From: Fibrobacterales bacterium | GTDB taxonomy: Bacteria > Fibrobacterota > Fibrobacteria > Fibrobacterales > JAOPTW01 | NCBI GenBank assembly: GCA_051532035.1 | Contig: JAOPTW010000021.1 | Coordinates: 24,811 to 88,810, forward strand | Length of the DNA stretch: 64,000 nucleotides | Reading direction: 5' to 3' | Part shown: positions 39,981 to 50,918 of the stretch, piece by piece | Layout: each line of letters opens with the position of its first letter | How positions within the stretch are numbered: position 1 is the stretch's first letter | The notes under the pieces: generated by a model | The model's database searches: none | What the model was told of the DNA's origin: nothing | Seen by the model: only the letters and a program-made list of their open reading frames with translations | Made by a program: the position numbers and the translations under genes

Positions 39981-41119
39981 TATTTTATCAATTTATTATA
40001 TGAAGAGGATAGTAATGATTTATATATATCTTCATTGGTTATTTGGGTAAACGTTTTACGAGCATTCAAAGAAACTTTTTTATGGTAATCCATATCATCT
40101 AGACTGACATATCTTTCATACACACCACCTGTATCACCCATATCAACAACAAAGCCATTTAACCCATCATCAATTACTTCGGAATGTATTCCTACATTGA
40201 ATGTTATTACAGGCTTACCGAGCGCTAAAGATTCAACTAATGCATATTCGGCAGTGCTATCCCATTTTGATGGCACAATCACCGCTTTAGCATTTTTAAT
40301 TTCATCATGCAAAGTGTTGTCCCAACGAATATTCTCTAATACAACAATATTAGGAGGCAAATTTTCATTTTCAGTAAAACGCTTTTCCCCAACAGGTAAA
40401 ACTTTGACCGTTATATCAGAGAACTCCCTAGCAAGCTCTACTAAAAACTGTGCCCCTTTATAATCATTAATAGATCCAAAGTACAATAAGTAGTTTTTGG
40501 GTTTATTGTATGTAAACTCATTAAATCTCTGGCTATTAAATATTAATGGTATTTTTTGAATTTTTGATTTTGGAACATTATAATTTGTCAGTAATTTTGA
40601 AATATTATCTGATGGAGATATAAAAAGGTCACTTTTCTTAAAAATATTTTTAAAAAAAGTTTTTTGAATAATTTTTTTTAAACCCCTTATATTAACTTCT
40701 ACGCAACCCTGGAGTAGTGATTGTATTAAATTGTTTGAACATTTTGTACATGGGCTACCTGTCTTATAATTGTATAATTTTTGGCAATAAAAATCATGCA
40801 TCCAAAGATGAGCAATAATTTTTAGCTTTCGTTTCCTTGCTAGTGATGCATAATAAAGTGGTTTACCATTTCCATATGTTAAAAAATGCACTACTTCAAT
40901 TTTATCTTTAACTAATATTTTTTCATATTCTTTCTTTTTTTCTTTTGTATTCAAATTTTCATCTATTTGATAAACATTAGGATCTTTAGTTTTTGCCTTC
41001 TCAGGCGTAAGTACCTTAACATTTATCCCAATATCATTCAATAAAGAGCTTACATAATGTGAAACCCTGCCTCCAGAAGAATATTTAGAATAACTATCTA
41101 CAATTAAAAGTGTATTCAT
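39980..41119 (-). CDS. Glycosyltransferase family 4
   Basis: YFGSINDYKG, VIVPSKW, VESLALGKPVI, DGLNGF. Confidence 0.85.
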   Translation of the reverse strand: MNTLLIVDSYSKYSSGGRVSHYVSSLLNDIGINVKVLTPEKAKTKDPNVYQIDENLNTKEKKKEYEKILVKDKIEVVHFLTYGNGKPLYYASLARKRKLKIIAHLWMHDFYCQKLYNYKTGSPCTKCSNNLIQSLLQGCVEVNIRGLKKIIQKTFFKNIFKKSDLFISPSDNISKLLTNYNVPKSKIQKIPLIFNSQRFNEFTYNKPKNYLLYFGSINDYKGAQFLVELAREFSDITVKVLPVGEKRFTENENLPPNIVVLENIRWDNTLHDEIKNAKAVIVPSKWDSTAEYALVESLALGKPVITFNVGIHSEVIDDGLNGFVVDMGDTGGVYERYVSLDDMDYHKKVSLNARKTFTQITNEDIYKSLLSSSYNKLIK

Positions 41120-42285
41120 TTTAATACCTTTTTAAGTTTACCAATAATTTTTTTGGCAAACGACGATCTAATTGAGTTTCTGTTTTTGACTTTTACTATA
41201 TCTTGAAGAGTACTCAAAATTTTTGAGGAATCAAAATTTATTGAACTCAATGAGGCTCTTAAATAATTGAATACAAATAAATCATTGGGAATTTCATTAA
41301 TCAATAAACTTAGTACTTTTATAGCTTTATCATACTCTTCATTTTTTATGTGACATATAGATACAACAAATCGGATATTAAGATTTGTTGAGTTCATGTT
41401 TTTTTCAATGTATTGTTTATTGCCATCCACACATAATAAACTGTCGACACTCTCATTAAAAAATCCAGTGGGTTTATTTTGATAAAGTTTCTTCAACTCA
41501 TTTAATATATTGTCATTGCGAAAATCAAGGTCTAGTATAAATTCAATAGTTTGGGCCGAAAGTAAATGTAAAAATTCCTCGCAAATGTAATAATTATTAA
41601 TATTGCCTTTACCATTTTCAAATTCACGTTCATAATAAGATTTTTTATTTGTTTGAAATTGTCGGTGCCAATAGTAAGAGCCAGGACATATTCCTACTTT
41701 AAAACCATAAGTAATATATTTGAATCCAAATGATTGAGTATCAAATCCATGCTCTTCAGTGTATCCACCACAATCAATGTAGCTTTTTTTTGAATATAAA
41801 AAATTTGCTAACACAGGAACCTTCATACCATTAAACAGGCTTTCCATAGAAATTACTTTTTGAGAATCATAAAATAAAGGGGCCGTTTTAGAAAAATTAT
41901 TATTAAAGAAAATTCTGCTTTCAGCAAAAGCAACGCCATCTAATTTCTCATCATCAAGATATTTCACCATTGAATTTAGTATTCCTACAGGTAAAACATC
42001 GTCACTATCAATTATGTATATTAGCTCACCTTGTGCAGCATGAATACCTGTATTACGTGATGCCCCTCCACCCTTATTCATATCGTGAAATATATGACTC
42101 ATAAATGAATATTTACCTGAATATTCTTTAATCATTGCTTTAGTATTATCACTAGAGCCATCATCAACAAGTATGTGTTCATATTCAAAATCAAATGTTT
42201 GATTAACCACCGAATCTAAAGTTTCTCTTAGTGTAGATTCTGAATTATAACATGGTGTTATGATTGATACTTTTATATTACTCAC
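41116..42285 (-). CDS. Glycosyltransferase family 2
   Basis: VSIITPCYN, VDDGSSD, SRNTGI, IDSDD. Confidence 0.88.
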   Translation of the reverse strand: MSNIKVSIITPCYNSESTLRETLDSVVNQTFDFEYEHILVDDGSSDNTKAMIKEYSGKYSFMSHIFHDMNKGGGASRNTGIHAAQGELIYIIDSDDVLPVGILNSMVKYLDDEKLDGVAFAESRIFFNNNFSKTAPLFYDSQKVISMESLFNGMKVPVLANFLYSKKSYIDCGGYTEEHGFDTQSFGFKYITYGFKVGICPGSYYWHRQFQTNKKSYYEREFENGKGNINNYYICEEFLHLLSAQTIEFILDLDFRNDNILNELKKLYQNKPTGFFNESVDSLLCVDGNKQYIEKNMNSTNLNIRFVVSICHIKNEEYDKAIKVLSLLINEIPNDLFVFNYLRASLSSINFDSSKILSTLQDIVKVKNRNSIRSSFAKKIIGKLKKVLK

Positions 42286-42304
42286 ATTAAGCCCTAGATT
42301 TTAT

Positions 42305-43786
42305 TTATATGCTTACAAGTTGATTTTTTATTTTTTTATATGAATACATTTTTTCATTTTTAAGGAATCGTGGATATGGCCCATTATATGGTACAGTATC
42401 TACATCCTCGATATACCCCTTATCTCCAGAACCCTGAAAAATCCCACCGGCTTCTGTTAGAATTTTTGCCTTTTTTCTAAAATCCATTATATACCCGATA
42501 TGATAAATCGGGTATTTTGGTTCCAATAGCTTAACAATGCTTCCATCAACTATATTTGCAAAGCTATAACCATCATGTATAGAAGCAAAGCAACTTTTCT
42601 TAAACATTCTTATAGCATGAGTATATGCAACATTTTCTGGATTCCGAATATGGTTTAAATCCCAAATAAAGTGAAGAAATTGATGATTAAGTGCCTGATA
42701 TCTATTTTGTGATGCAAAATATTTTATTTCAGAAACACCATCTTCGTGAATCATTTCATCAGCCATTAAGTACAAACAGTTGTCATATTTACAATGATCA
42801 ATCATGATACTATTCACGTCAGCAATCCATCTACCTGGTACTGTAAAGTTTTTGCAAAATTCTGCTCTAAAATCTACATCTTCAATAATTCTAATTTTAT
42901 CCGAATATTTAGAATTACTTTTAAATTGTTCTAGTAAACGAGTTCTCGACTCTTCCCCTACACCATGATTCTCAGGGTAATCCTTATCTACAAATAATAT
43001 GAATTCATCAACTACTTCTAATATTGACTCAAAACACAGATCAAACGGGTAAATATCTGCATTTCTTAATAATGAAAAACCACTAATTTTAGTGGTATCA
43101 TTTAATTCAGGTTTTGGATAATTAAATATTTTTTTATTACAAGATAAAGAATAAAATGTTGGTAATTTACACTCTTCAATTATCCTACCTTTTATCAATG
43201 AATAATTATTTTCCCTTTTCTTTTCTTTCCTAATTATTCTTTTTTTATTTTCAATTAATAAAAAATTGTCAGCCTTAACATCTATTCTTATTCCATATGA
43301 AATAGCTAAACTGTATCCCATATAATTGTCAGGCTCTTCTATAAAAGTAAACGTGCCAATTTGTCTATTGACATCAAGATCTACCTGAATAATCTCTTTA
43401 TTATCTTTGCATATAATTAATACGTCACAGTCTATATTAGAAATGAAAAACAAAGGTAGCAGTGCACTTGGTGGGTGATTAATTAATATTTTATCCCCAG
43501 TATTTACTAGCAATTTTAAACTTTGAATTTCTGAGCTAACTACTGCTTGATAACATAAAAGTTCTTTTTCGAACAAATAATTAGTATCTAGATGAACTCT
43601 ATCAATTCCCATTAAGGGAATTGATAAACCATTTACTGTTGAGTTAATCTTTAAATTATTTTTATACTCTTTATTAAATATTTTTTGAATAACAAAAAAC
43701 ACTTTTTCGAAACTAAGTACCTTTCTAAAAAGTCGGTGAACATATTCATTTTTTTTTAGAAAATCTTTAATTACTTGAACATTCAT
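42305..43786 (-). CDS. Two-domain protein with a C-terminal GT-A-like glycosyltransferase domain
   Basis: KISGFSLLRNADIYPF...SILEVVDEFI...YLMADE...YHIGY in the C-terminal half; N-terminal half not recognised. Confidence 0.6.
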   Translation of the reverse strand: MNVQVIKDFLKKNEYVHRLFRKVLSFEKVFFVIQKIFNKEYKNNLKINSTVNGLSIPLMGIDRVHLDTNYLFEKELLCYQAVVSSEIQSLKLLVNTGDKILINHPPSALLPLFFISNIDCDVLIICKDNKEIIQVDLDVNRQIGTFTFIEEPDNYMGYSLAISYGIRIDVKADNFLLIENKKRIIRKEKKRENNYSLIKGRIIEECKLPTFYSLSCNKKIFNYPKPELNDTTKISGFSLLRNADIYPFDLCFESILEVVDEFILFVDKDYPENHGVGEESRTRLLEQFKSNSKYSDKIRIIEDVDFRAEFCKNFTVPGRWIADVNSIMIDHCKYDNCLYLMADEMIHEDGVSEIKYFASQNRYQALNHQFLHFIWDLNHIRNPENVAYTHAIRMFKKSCFASIHDGYSFANIVDGSIVKLLEPKYPIYHIGYIMDFRKKAKILTEAGGIFQGSGDKGYIEDVDTVPYNGPYPRFLKNEKMYSYKKIKNQLVSI

Positions 43787-43789
43787 ATT

Positions 43790-44809
43790 TTATTTACCCG
43801 ATACCCATTCAATCATTTTTCTAATGCCTTCTTCTTTTGAGACAAGTGGATTCCAATCAATCATTTTTTGAGCTTTTTTAATATCAGACACAAATACTCG
43901 TTGATCGCTTTCTCTTGGAGGAAGTTGATTATATTTCATTTCAATTCCAAGTTCATTTTCTAAAAAAGAGAACAACTCCAAAAGCGAAGATGAATTTTTT
44001 ATGCCTCCCCCAATATTAAAGGCATGACCCTTAATCGTATCAATTTTTTCAGATGCTTTAAGATAAAGGTTAATACAATCACTCGCATATAACAAATCTC
44101 TCACCTGTTTTCCATTCCCTGATATTGTAAAGGGTTCTGCTAATCGACATTCTTTTATTTCAACTGCTTTTTGTGTAAACCATCCAAGCCACCCTTGATC
44201 ATAAGTTGCAAACTGCCTCCCTCCAAACATAGAGGAATGTCTGAAAACGGCTGTTTTTAAACCATATATCCTAGCAAAGTCTAACATATATTGATCAGCA
44301 CTTCCTTTTGATGTTCCATAAGGAGAATGAAAATCAAGAGTCACATCTTCACCAAAACCATTTGGTTTATCGGTACACAAATACCTAGTTTCTGTCTCTT
44401 CAAATGTATATTGCTCTAAGTCGCCGTACACCTTATTAGATGATGAGTATATAATTATAGAATCAGGGGAATATAACCGAACGGCATTAAGTAAATTAAA
44501 ACTCCCACAAACATTTATTTCAAAATCCATGCGTGGGTCTGCAATAGATGTGGTCATAGCTACTTGACCAGCTAAATGGTAAATAACATCTGGTTTAATT
44601 TCTTTGATAGTTCGTTCTACATCATTGGTATTTCTAATATCACCATGGATAAATTGAAACTCACCTTGAGTTCTTAACCATGCTAAATTTAAGTTACTCC
44701 CATGTCTATATAATGAGTCAAAAACAATCAGCTCATCGCCTTTTTCTAATATTTTTGAAGCAATATTAGATCCTAAAAAACCACACCCACCCGTTATTAA
44801 ATATTTCAT
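43790..44809 (-). CDS. rfbE: CDP-paratose 2-epimerase (CDP-tyvelose synthesis)
   Basis: ITGGCGFLGSN, HLAGQVAMTTS, SSNKVYGDL, DFHSPYG, RHSSMFGGRQFATYDQGW. Confidence 0.9.
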   Translation of the reverse strand: MKYLITGGCGFLGSNIASKILEKGDELIVFDSLYRHGSNLNLAWLRTQGEFQFIHGDIRNTNDVERTIKEIKPDVIYHLAGQVAMTTSIADPRMDFEINVCGSFNLLNAVRLYSPDSIIIYSSSNKVYGDLEQYTFEETETRYLCTDKPNGFGEDVTLDFHSPYGTSKGSADQYMLDFARIYGLKTAVFRHSSMFGGRQFATYDQGWLGWFTQKAVEIKECRLAEPFTISGNGKQVRDLLYASDCINLYLKASEKIDTIKGHAFNIGGGIKNSSSLLELFSFLENELGIEMKYNQLPPRESDQRVFVSDIKKAQKMIDWNPLVSKEEGIRKMIEWVSGK

Positions 44810-45693
44810 ACTACCGATTCCTTTACATATCTAAATAATTTTTCAAGCCCACTATGAATATCGTTTTCTGGTTTCCACCCAAAAGCAGATAGTTTATCAA
44901 TATTTGCTTTTAATTCTTTCGGCTCATTTTTTCTATCATCTAGTGCCCCAAAGGATAAGTCTGTTGAAACTTTATCTATATGTGTATTGTAGCTCTCTTT
45001 AAGCAAAGTTACAAAATCTTTTAAAGGTGTTGAAACCCCTGTTCCCACTTCGAAGGTATTTAAACCTTCCCATGAGTTCTCTAATATGACACAAAAAGCG
45101 CTTACTACATCATCAATAAATACAAAATCTCGTTTTTGCTTGCCTGATGATAAATTAATACATTTCTTGTTCTCTTGAAAGTTTTGAATGATCCACATAA
45201 TGAACTTATTGTCATCATCATAAGGCCCATACATATGCTCAATTTTTAAGTTAACACTTGCTATATCCTCTGAATAATAATGTAACCAATCATAAAAATG
45301 GTTTTTAGTAACGGTATATGGTGAAACAAATTTACTCTGAAGAGAGTCCGTATTAATAAATAATTTTACACTATTCTGAACTGCAAGTTGTAACAACTCA
45401 AGGGGAAAAATTTCATTTGTTTGTATAATAGATGATAATGGTTCTTCTTTTCTGCCATATGATGTAGCAGAGTGAATAATTGCATCAATACAGTTTTCTT
45501 CAAATATAATTTCAATATTTATAGTATCTATATCATAATATTTAATCTTATCAATGACATCTTTAAGACGATTAATATTTGAAAATGACCTTTTTAACAG
45601 TACAACATTAAATCCCTTATTTATAAGGGATTTAATGATATGGCTTCCAAGAAACCCTGTGCCACCAGTAACCAATATGGTATTATACTTCAT
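44806..45693 (-). CDS. CDP-paratose/abequose synthase-like NAD-dependent reductase
   Basis: GGTGFLG, IIHSATSYGR, FINTDS, YxxxK, EHMYGP; lies between rfbG and the epimerase. Confidence 0.75.
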   Translation of the reverse strand: MKYNTILVTGGTGFLGSHIIKSLINKGFNVVLLKRSFSNINRLKDVIDKIKYYDIDTINIEIIFEENCIDAIIHSATSYGRKEEPLSSIIQTNEIFPLELLQLAVQNSVKLFINTDSLQSKFVSPYTVTKNHFYDWLHYYSEDIASVNLKIEHMYGPYDDDNKFIMWIIQNFQENKKCINLSSGKQKRDFVFIDDVVSAFCVILENSWEGLNTFEVGTGVSTPLKDFVTLLKESYNTHIDKVSTDLSFGALDDRKNEPKELKANIDKLSAFGWKPENDIHSGLEKLFRYVKESVV

Positions 45694-46753
45694 ACTCTTT
45701 AATCTGAGAAAGGGTGAGTTCTTTTAGGTTATCACCCTCAAAAGATTTTGTCCAATCAATAATCGATAGCAATGTTTTTTCAAGATTCCACTTTGGGTTC
45801 CAATTCAATTGTGATTTTGCTTTTGAGATATCCAGTTTTAAATAAGTTGCTTCGTGTGGCTGTGGAGACTTGTCTATTTCAAATGAAGCACCACTCCCCC
45901 AAAGACTACACATTTTTTCAACTATCCACTCTACCGGTTTGGCATCTTTATCATCTGGTCCAAAATTCCAACCTTCTGCATACTCTCCCTTGGAATCTGT
46001 AAAAAGTTTTTCAGCAAGAGTTATATATCCAGAAAGGGGCTCTAGTACATGTTGCCAAGGACGTATTGAATATGGACTCCTAATTAATACTTTTTCGCCT
46101 TTTAAAAACGAGCATAGTATATCGGGAATTAATCTATCTTTTGCCCAGTCACCGCCACCAATAACATTCCCTGCCCGGCCAGATGCAAGAGATACTTGGT
46201 GGCTTTTACCATAATTTTCACTATTGAAAAATGAATTTCTATAAGCTGAGGTAACTAATTCTGCGCATCCTTTACTATTTGAGTAGGGGTCATAACCGCC
46301 CATTGCCTCATTTTCTCTATATCCCCATGGCCATTCGCGGTTTTCATAGCACTTATCTGTTGTTACACTGATTACAGCTCTTACCGATTCTACTGACCGA
46401 ATAGATTCTAATACATTTACAGTACCCATAACATTTGTTTGGTAGGTTCCTACTGGGTCAATGTACGAATCTCTCACCAAGGGTTGGGCAGCCATATGAA
46501 AAACAACATCTGGTTTAAATGAACTTATACTTTTTTTTAGTTTATCTAGGTCCCTAATATCAGCAAACGTATGATCGATATCATTTTCAAGACCTAATAC
46601 TTTAAACAACGATGGGGTTGTTGGTGGTGATAATGCATACCCTGCAATATTAGCGCCCAAGGAGTTAAGCCACAACGTTAACCAACTTCCTTTAAAACCT
46701 GTATTTCCGGTTATAAAAACCCTTTTGCCATTCCAAAAATTTTTATTAATCAT
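45683..46753 (-). CDS. rfbG: CDP-glucose 4,6-dehydratase
   Basis: TGNTGFKGSWL, HMAAQPLVR, TTDKCYEN, RAGNVIGGGDW, RPWQHVLEPL. Confidence 0.96.
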   Translation of the reverse strand: MINKNFWNGKRVFITGNTGFKGSWLTLWLNSLGANIAGYALSPPTTPSLFKVLGLENDIDHTFADIRDLDKLKKSISSFKPDVVFHMAAQPLVRDSYIDPVGTYQTNVMGTVNVLESIRSVESVRAVISVTTDKCYENREWPWGYRENEAMGGYDPYSNSKGCAELVTSAYRNSFFNSENYGKSHQVSLASGRAGNVIGGGDWAKDRLIPDILCSFLKGEKVLIRSPYSIRPWQHVLEPLSGYITLAEKLFTDSKGEYAEGWNFGPDDKDAKPVEWIVEKMCSLWGSGASFEIDKSPQPHEATYLKLDISKAKSQLNWNPKWNLEKTLLSIIDWTKSFEGDNLKELTLSQIKEYEV

Positions 46754-47522
46754 TCCAATTTTTCCATAATGCTTGGTTAGAGCTCCACATATCTTCCAAC
46801 TCTTTTTTCTCTCTAAGGGAATCCATAGGTTTCCAAAAACCCGAATGTTTATAAGAGTATAATTCCCGATCCTTAGCTAAATTCATGAGGGGTTCTTGTT
46901 CAAATACCGAATGATCACCTTCTATATAATTAAATATTTCAGGTTGAAACACAAAGAACCCTCCATTAATCCACGCACCGTCGCCTTTAGGTTTTTCTTT
47001 AAACGATTCAACTACACTATCATCATTTATTTCAAGTGCTCCAAAACGTCCAGATGGTTGAACCGATGTCATTGTGCCAATTTTTCCATGTTTTTTATGA
47101 AAATCAATCAATTGATCAATATTAACATTTGAAACCCCATCTCCATATGTCACCATAAAGGGTTCGTTTCCAATATACTGCTCAATCCTTTTTATTCTTC
47201 CACCAGTCATTGAATTTAAGCCGGTATCAACAAGTGTTACCTTCCAAGGTTCAGCTTTTTTCTGATGGACCGTAATGTCATTATGTTCCATATCTATAGT
47301 TACGTCTGCCATATGAAGAAAATAGTTTGCAAAATATTCTTTTATCACATAACTTTTGTAGCCAAGACAGACTATGAATTCATTGAAACCATATGAAGAG
47401 TAACTTTTCATAATATGCCAAAGAATAGGCTTTCCCCCAATTTCAACCATTGGCTTTGGTTTAATATCTGTTTCCTCACTTAAACGAGTCCCAAACCCAC
47501 CTGCTAGCAACACTACTTTCAT
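46746..47522 (-). CDS. rfbF: Glucose-1-phosphate cytidylyltransferase
   Basis: LAGGFGTRLSEET, KPKPMVEIGGKPILWHIMK, MTGGRIKR, TYGDG. Confidence 0.96.
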   Translation of the reverse strand: MKVVLLAGGFGTRLSEETDIKPKPMVEIGGKPILWHIMKSYSSYGFNEFIVCLGYKSYVIKEYFANYFLHMADVTIDMEHNDITVHQKKAEPWKVTLVDTGLNSMTGGRIKRIEQYIGNEPFMVTYGDGVSNVNIDQLIDFHKKHGKIGTMTSVQPSGRFGALEINDDSVVESFKEKPKGDGAWINGGFFVFQPEIFNYIEGDHSVFEQEPLMNLAKDRELYSYKHSGFWKPMDSLREKKELEDMWSSNQALWKNWND

Positions 47523-47532
47523 ATTAACCCCA

Positions 47533-48879
47533 TTACTTTAGATTATTTACAAATTTATTTATACAAGACGCTATATAGTCTAATTTTTCACTTGTCATAC
47601 CAGGATATAATCCTAGCCAAAAGCTATTATTCATAATAGTATCTGTATTAGTAAGCTCAGAACCAATCCTGTAATCAACCCCTTCTGTTAAATTATCAAA
47701 AAGTGGTTGTCTTACAATGTTCCCTGCAAACAAATTTCTAGTTTGAATCATACAATCATTTTCTAAATATTCGACTATATCATTTCTTGAGAAAGGGGCT
47801 CCATCTTTAACCGTCATTAAAAAGCCAAACCAAGATGGATTACTATGTTCTGTAGCTTTTGGCAAAAGAAGAACGTCTGATACATCTGATAGTTTATTTA
47901 AAAGGTACGAGTAATTTTCAATTCTTCTCTCTGTGAAAGTGTCTAGCTTTTCTAATTGTGCACATCCAATTGCAGCCTGCATATCAGAAGGTTTTAAATT
48001 AAAGCCAAAATGACTATACACATATTTATGATCATAGCCAAGGGGAAGTGAACCAAATTGTTGCTCAAACCTTTTATTACATGTGTTGTCTACACCACTT
48101 TCACAATAACAATCTCTTCCCCAATCTCTAACCGACATTATTATTTTTTTCAATTTTAAGTTGCTAGTGTAAACAGCCCCCCCTTCACCCATTGTCATAT
48201 GATGTGGCGGGTAAAAACTACTTGTCCCTATATCTCCCCATGTTCCGGTAAATTTACCATCATACTTACTACCTAAAGCATCGCAATTATCCTCTATTAA
48301 CCAAAGATTATTGTTTTCACAAAATTCTTTAACTGCTTTAATGTTAAATGGATTTCCCAACGTATGAGCCATCATCACAGCTTTAGTTTTTGTAGATAGT
48401 GCCTTTTCTAATTTCGTCACATCCACATTAAATGTTTCTAACTCCACATCAATAAAAACTGGGACGGCACCATATTGAACTATTGGAGCAACTGTTGTAG
48501 GAAAACCGGCTGCTACGGTAATTACTTCATCACCTCTTTTAACCTGTCTCTCTTTTAATAGTGGGGATGTAAGAGAATAGAACGCTAAAAGGTTTGCAGA
48601 TGAGCCAGAATTAACTAAAAACGAATATTTTACACCTAAATATTTTGAAAGTTCTTTTTCAAATTTTTTAGAAAACCGTCCATATGTTAACCAAAACTCA
48701 AGCGAAGAGTCAACTAAATTGACCATTTCATGTTCATCAAAAACTCTTCCTGCATAATTTACTTTGGATTCACCAGGTATAAATTCTTCCTGAATTCCGA
48801 ATTTAATTTTATGATATTCAGCTACCAATGATAAAATTTTCTCTTTTAACTCATTTACTTCACTCACTCTACACTCCAT
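47533..48879 (-). CDS. rfbH: CDP-4-keto-6-deoxy-D-glucose 3-dehydrase (E1)
   Basis: VNSGSSANL, AAGFPTTV, EDNCDALG, SFYPPHHMTMGEGG (His at the usual Lys position), RDWGRDC, YDHKY. Confidence 0.93.
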   Translation of the reverse strand: MECRVSEVNELKEKILSLVAEYHKIKFGIQEEFIPGESKVNYAGRVFDEHEMVNLVDSSLEFWLTYGRFSKKFEKELSKYLGVKYSFLVNSGSSANLLAFYSLTSPLLKERQVKRGDEVITVAAGFPTTVAPIVQYGAVPVFIDVELETFNVDVTKLEKALSTKTKAVMMAHTLGNPFNIKAVKEFCENNNLWLIEDNCDALGSKYDGKFTGTWGDIGTSSFYPPHHMTMGEGGAVYTSNLKLKKIIMSVRDWGRDCYCESGVDNTCNKRFEQQFGSLPLGYDHKYVYSHFGFNLKPSDMQAAIGCAQLEKLDTFTERRIENYSYLLNKLSDVSDVLLLPKATEHSNPSWFGFLMTVKDGAPFSRNDIVEYLENDCMIQTRNLFAGNIVRQPLFDNLTEGVDYRIGSELTNTDTIMNNSFWLGLYPGMTSEKLDYIASCINKFVNNLK

Positions 48880-48925
48880 ATATGATTATTTTTAATAATA
48901 GATGATCTCATTTCTTTAATTAAGG

Positions 48926-49942
48926 TTAGTGATTCAAATACCACTCAACAGTTTTAAAAATTCCACTCTCAAAATTTTCATCTGCTTTCCAAGCAAGCTC
49001 ACTCTCAATTTTTGAGGAATCAATAGCATAGCGTCTATCATGCCCTGCACGATCTTTCACAAAACTAATAAATTCTTTATATGACTTACCATTTTTAGAT
49101 GGAGACTTTTCATCAAGTATATTACAGATTGTTTCTACAATATAAAGGTTATCACGTTCGTTTCTTCCGCCAATATTATATGTTTCACCAAGTCTACCTT
49201 TATGAAACGCTAGGTTAATCCCTTTACCATGATCAAGAACATATAACCAATCACGGATATTTTTGCCATCACCATATACAGGAATACTTTCTCCCGCTAG
49301 GCACTTTCTAATAATAGTGGGGATTAATTTTTCATCATGCTGTTTAGGGCCGTAATTATTTGAACAGTTTGTAGTAACCACATTCATACCATACGTATGG
49401 AAATAACTACGTACTATCAGGTCAGAGGCGGCTTTTGAAGCAGAGTAGGGTGAATTTGGTGCATAAGGAGTCTCTTCAGTAAATAACCCGGTCTCTCCTA
49501 AAGTTCCATATACTTCATCCGTAGATACATGATGAAATCGACATCCTTCATACTCTTTTTTGTAAGTAAAAGGTGCATCCATCCAATAGTTCCGTGCTAC
49601 ATCAATAAGAGTAAAGGTTCCATTCACATTTGTTTTGATAAACACTTCAGGACCCTCAATAGAATTATCAACATGAGATTCAGCAGCAAAATGTACTACA
49701 CCACGAATATCATATTTTTCAAAGAGTGACTGAACAAAGGGTCTATCACAAATATTACCTTTCTCAAATACATATTGAGGATGATTCTCAACCTCTTTCA
49801 AGTTTTCTAAATTACCTGCATAAGTAAGGAGATCAAGGTTAATAACCTTGTATGTAGGATTTGTATCAATAAAATATGGGATAAATATCGAGCCAATAAA
49901 ACCGGCTCCACCAGTTACAAGAATTGATTTTTCTAATTCCAT
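48926..49942 (-). CDS. rfbB: dTDP-glucose 4,6-dehydratase
   Basis: GGAGFIG, LTYAGN, FAAESHVD, STDEVYG, PNSPYSASK, GHDRRY. Confidence 0.96.
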   Translation of the reverse strand: MELEKSILVTGGAGFIGSIFIPYFIDTNPTYKVINLDLLTYAGNLENLKEVENHPQYVFEKGNICDRPFVQSLFEKYDIRGVVHFAAESHVDNSIEGPEVFIKTNVNGTFTLIDVARNYWMDAPFTYKKEYEGCRFHHVSTDEVYGTLGETGLFTEETPYAPNSPYSASKAASDLIVRSYFHTYGMNVVTTNCSNNYGPKQHDEKLIPTIIRKCLAGESIPVYGDGKNIRDWLYVLDHGKGINLAFHKGRLGETYNIGGRNERDNLYIVETICNILDEKSPSKNGKSYKEFISFVKDRAGHDRRYAIDSSKIESELAWKADENFESGIFKTVEWYLNH

Positions 49943-50051
49943 ATCATTTTACCACTCAATGAGAAATTTTATACTATTGAAAAACTTTAAATTTGACTAA
50001 AAAGATACATTTTGAGCTCAAATAACCAATCAACTAGAGTGGTATTTAACC

Positions 50052-50918
50052 TTATTTTGATAAAAGAGTAATGCACTCTTTTAAACTCTCACGCCAGTGA
50101 GGAATTATTACCCCAAATTCAGTCTTTAGCTTAGATTTATCCATAACACTATAATTCGGCCTTGGGGCAGGTAGTGGATAACTTTTTGTTTCAATTGGAG
50201 ACACAACACACTCTATCTCAGCGTAATCATGAATAGCACAGGTAAAGTCATACCAACTGGCAACACCTTCATTGCTATAATGAAAGACTCCATTTGTTTT
50301 TTCAATTTTTTCTGTATTATCTACAAGTCCAAGAATACATTGTGCCAAATCTCTTGCATAAGTAGGACTTCCTACTTGATCATACACAATTCCAAGTGTA
50401 TCTCTCTCGGTCCCTAGTTTCATCATTGTTTTGACAAAGTTATTCCCAAATGTCGAGTAAAGCCATGATGTTCTGATAATTATTGATTCGTGGTTTTCTA
50501 ATAGTACCGCTTGTTCCCCATCACATTTTGTTTTACCATAGACTGAAATTGGATTAACTTCATCCGATTCTTTATACGGATGAGATTGTATTCCATCAAA
50601 TACGAAATCAGTTGAAACTTGAATAAGCTTAAATCCATACTGTTTTGAAGCTTTTGCCAGGTTTTTAGGACCGATGTGGTTTATCTGGTCAGCCCTTTCT
50701 CTATCGTCTTCTGCTTTATCAACTGCTGTATATGCTGCACAATTTATGCATACATCTATATTAGGGTGATTTTGTAGAAAGGACTCAATATTATCAGAAA
50801 CCGTTATATCTAATTGAGATACATCAGTCAAAATAAGTTTTACATCGTAATTTGAAGCTATAACTTGAATTTCACTACCCAATTGACCATTTGAACCTGT
50901 CACGAGTATCGTTTTCAT
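50052..50918 (-). CDS. rfbD: dTDP-4-dehydrorhamnose reductase
   Basis: GSNGQLG, NCAAYTAVDKAE, STDFVFDG, YGKTK, RTSWLYS. Confidence 0.95.
   Translation of the reverse strand: MKTILVTGSNGQLGSEIQVIASNYDVKLILTDVSQLDITVSDNIESFLQNHPNIDVCINCAAYTAVDKAEDDRERADQINHIGPKNLAKASKQYGFKLIQVSTDFVFDGIQSHPYKESDEVNPISVYGKTKCDGEQAVLLENHESIIIRTSWLYSTFGNNFVKTMMKLGTERDTLGIVYDQVGSPTYARDLAQCILGLVDNTEKIEKTNGVFHYSNEGVASWYDFTCAIHDYAEIECVVSPIETKSYPLPAPRPNYSVMDKSKLKTEFGVIIPHWRESLKECITLLSK

Noticed and set aside
43749..43757. T9 homopolymer near the 5' end of a glycosyltransferase-like gene (phase variation)
   Set aside because: The frame is intact, and A/T runs of 8-9 are common in this AT-rich region.
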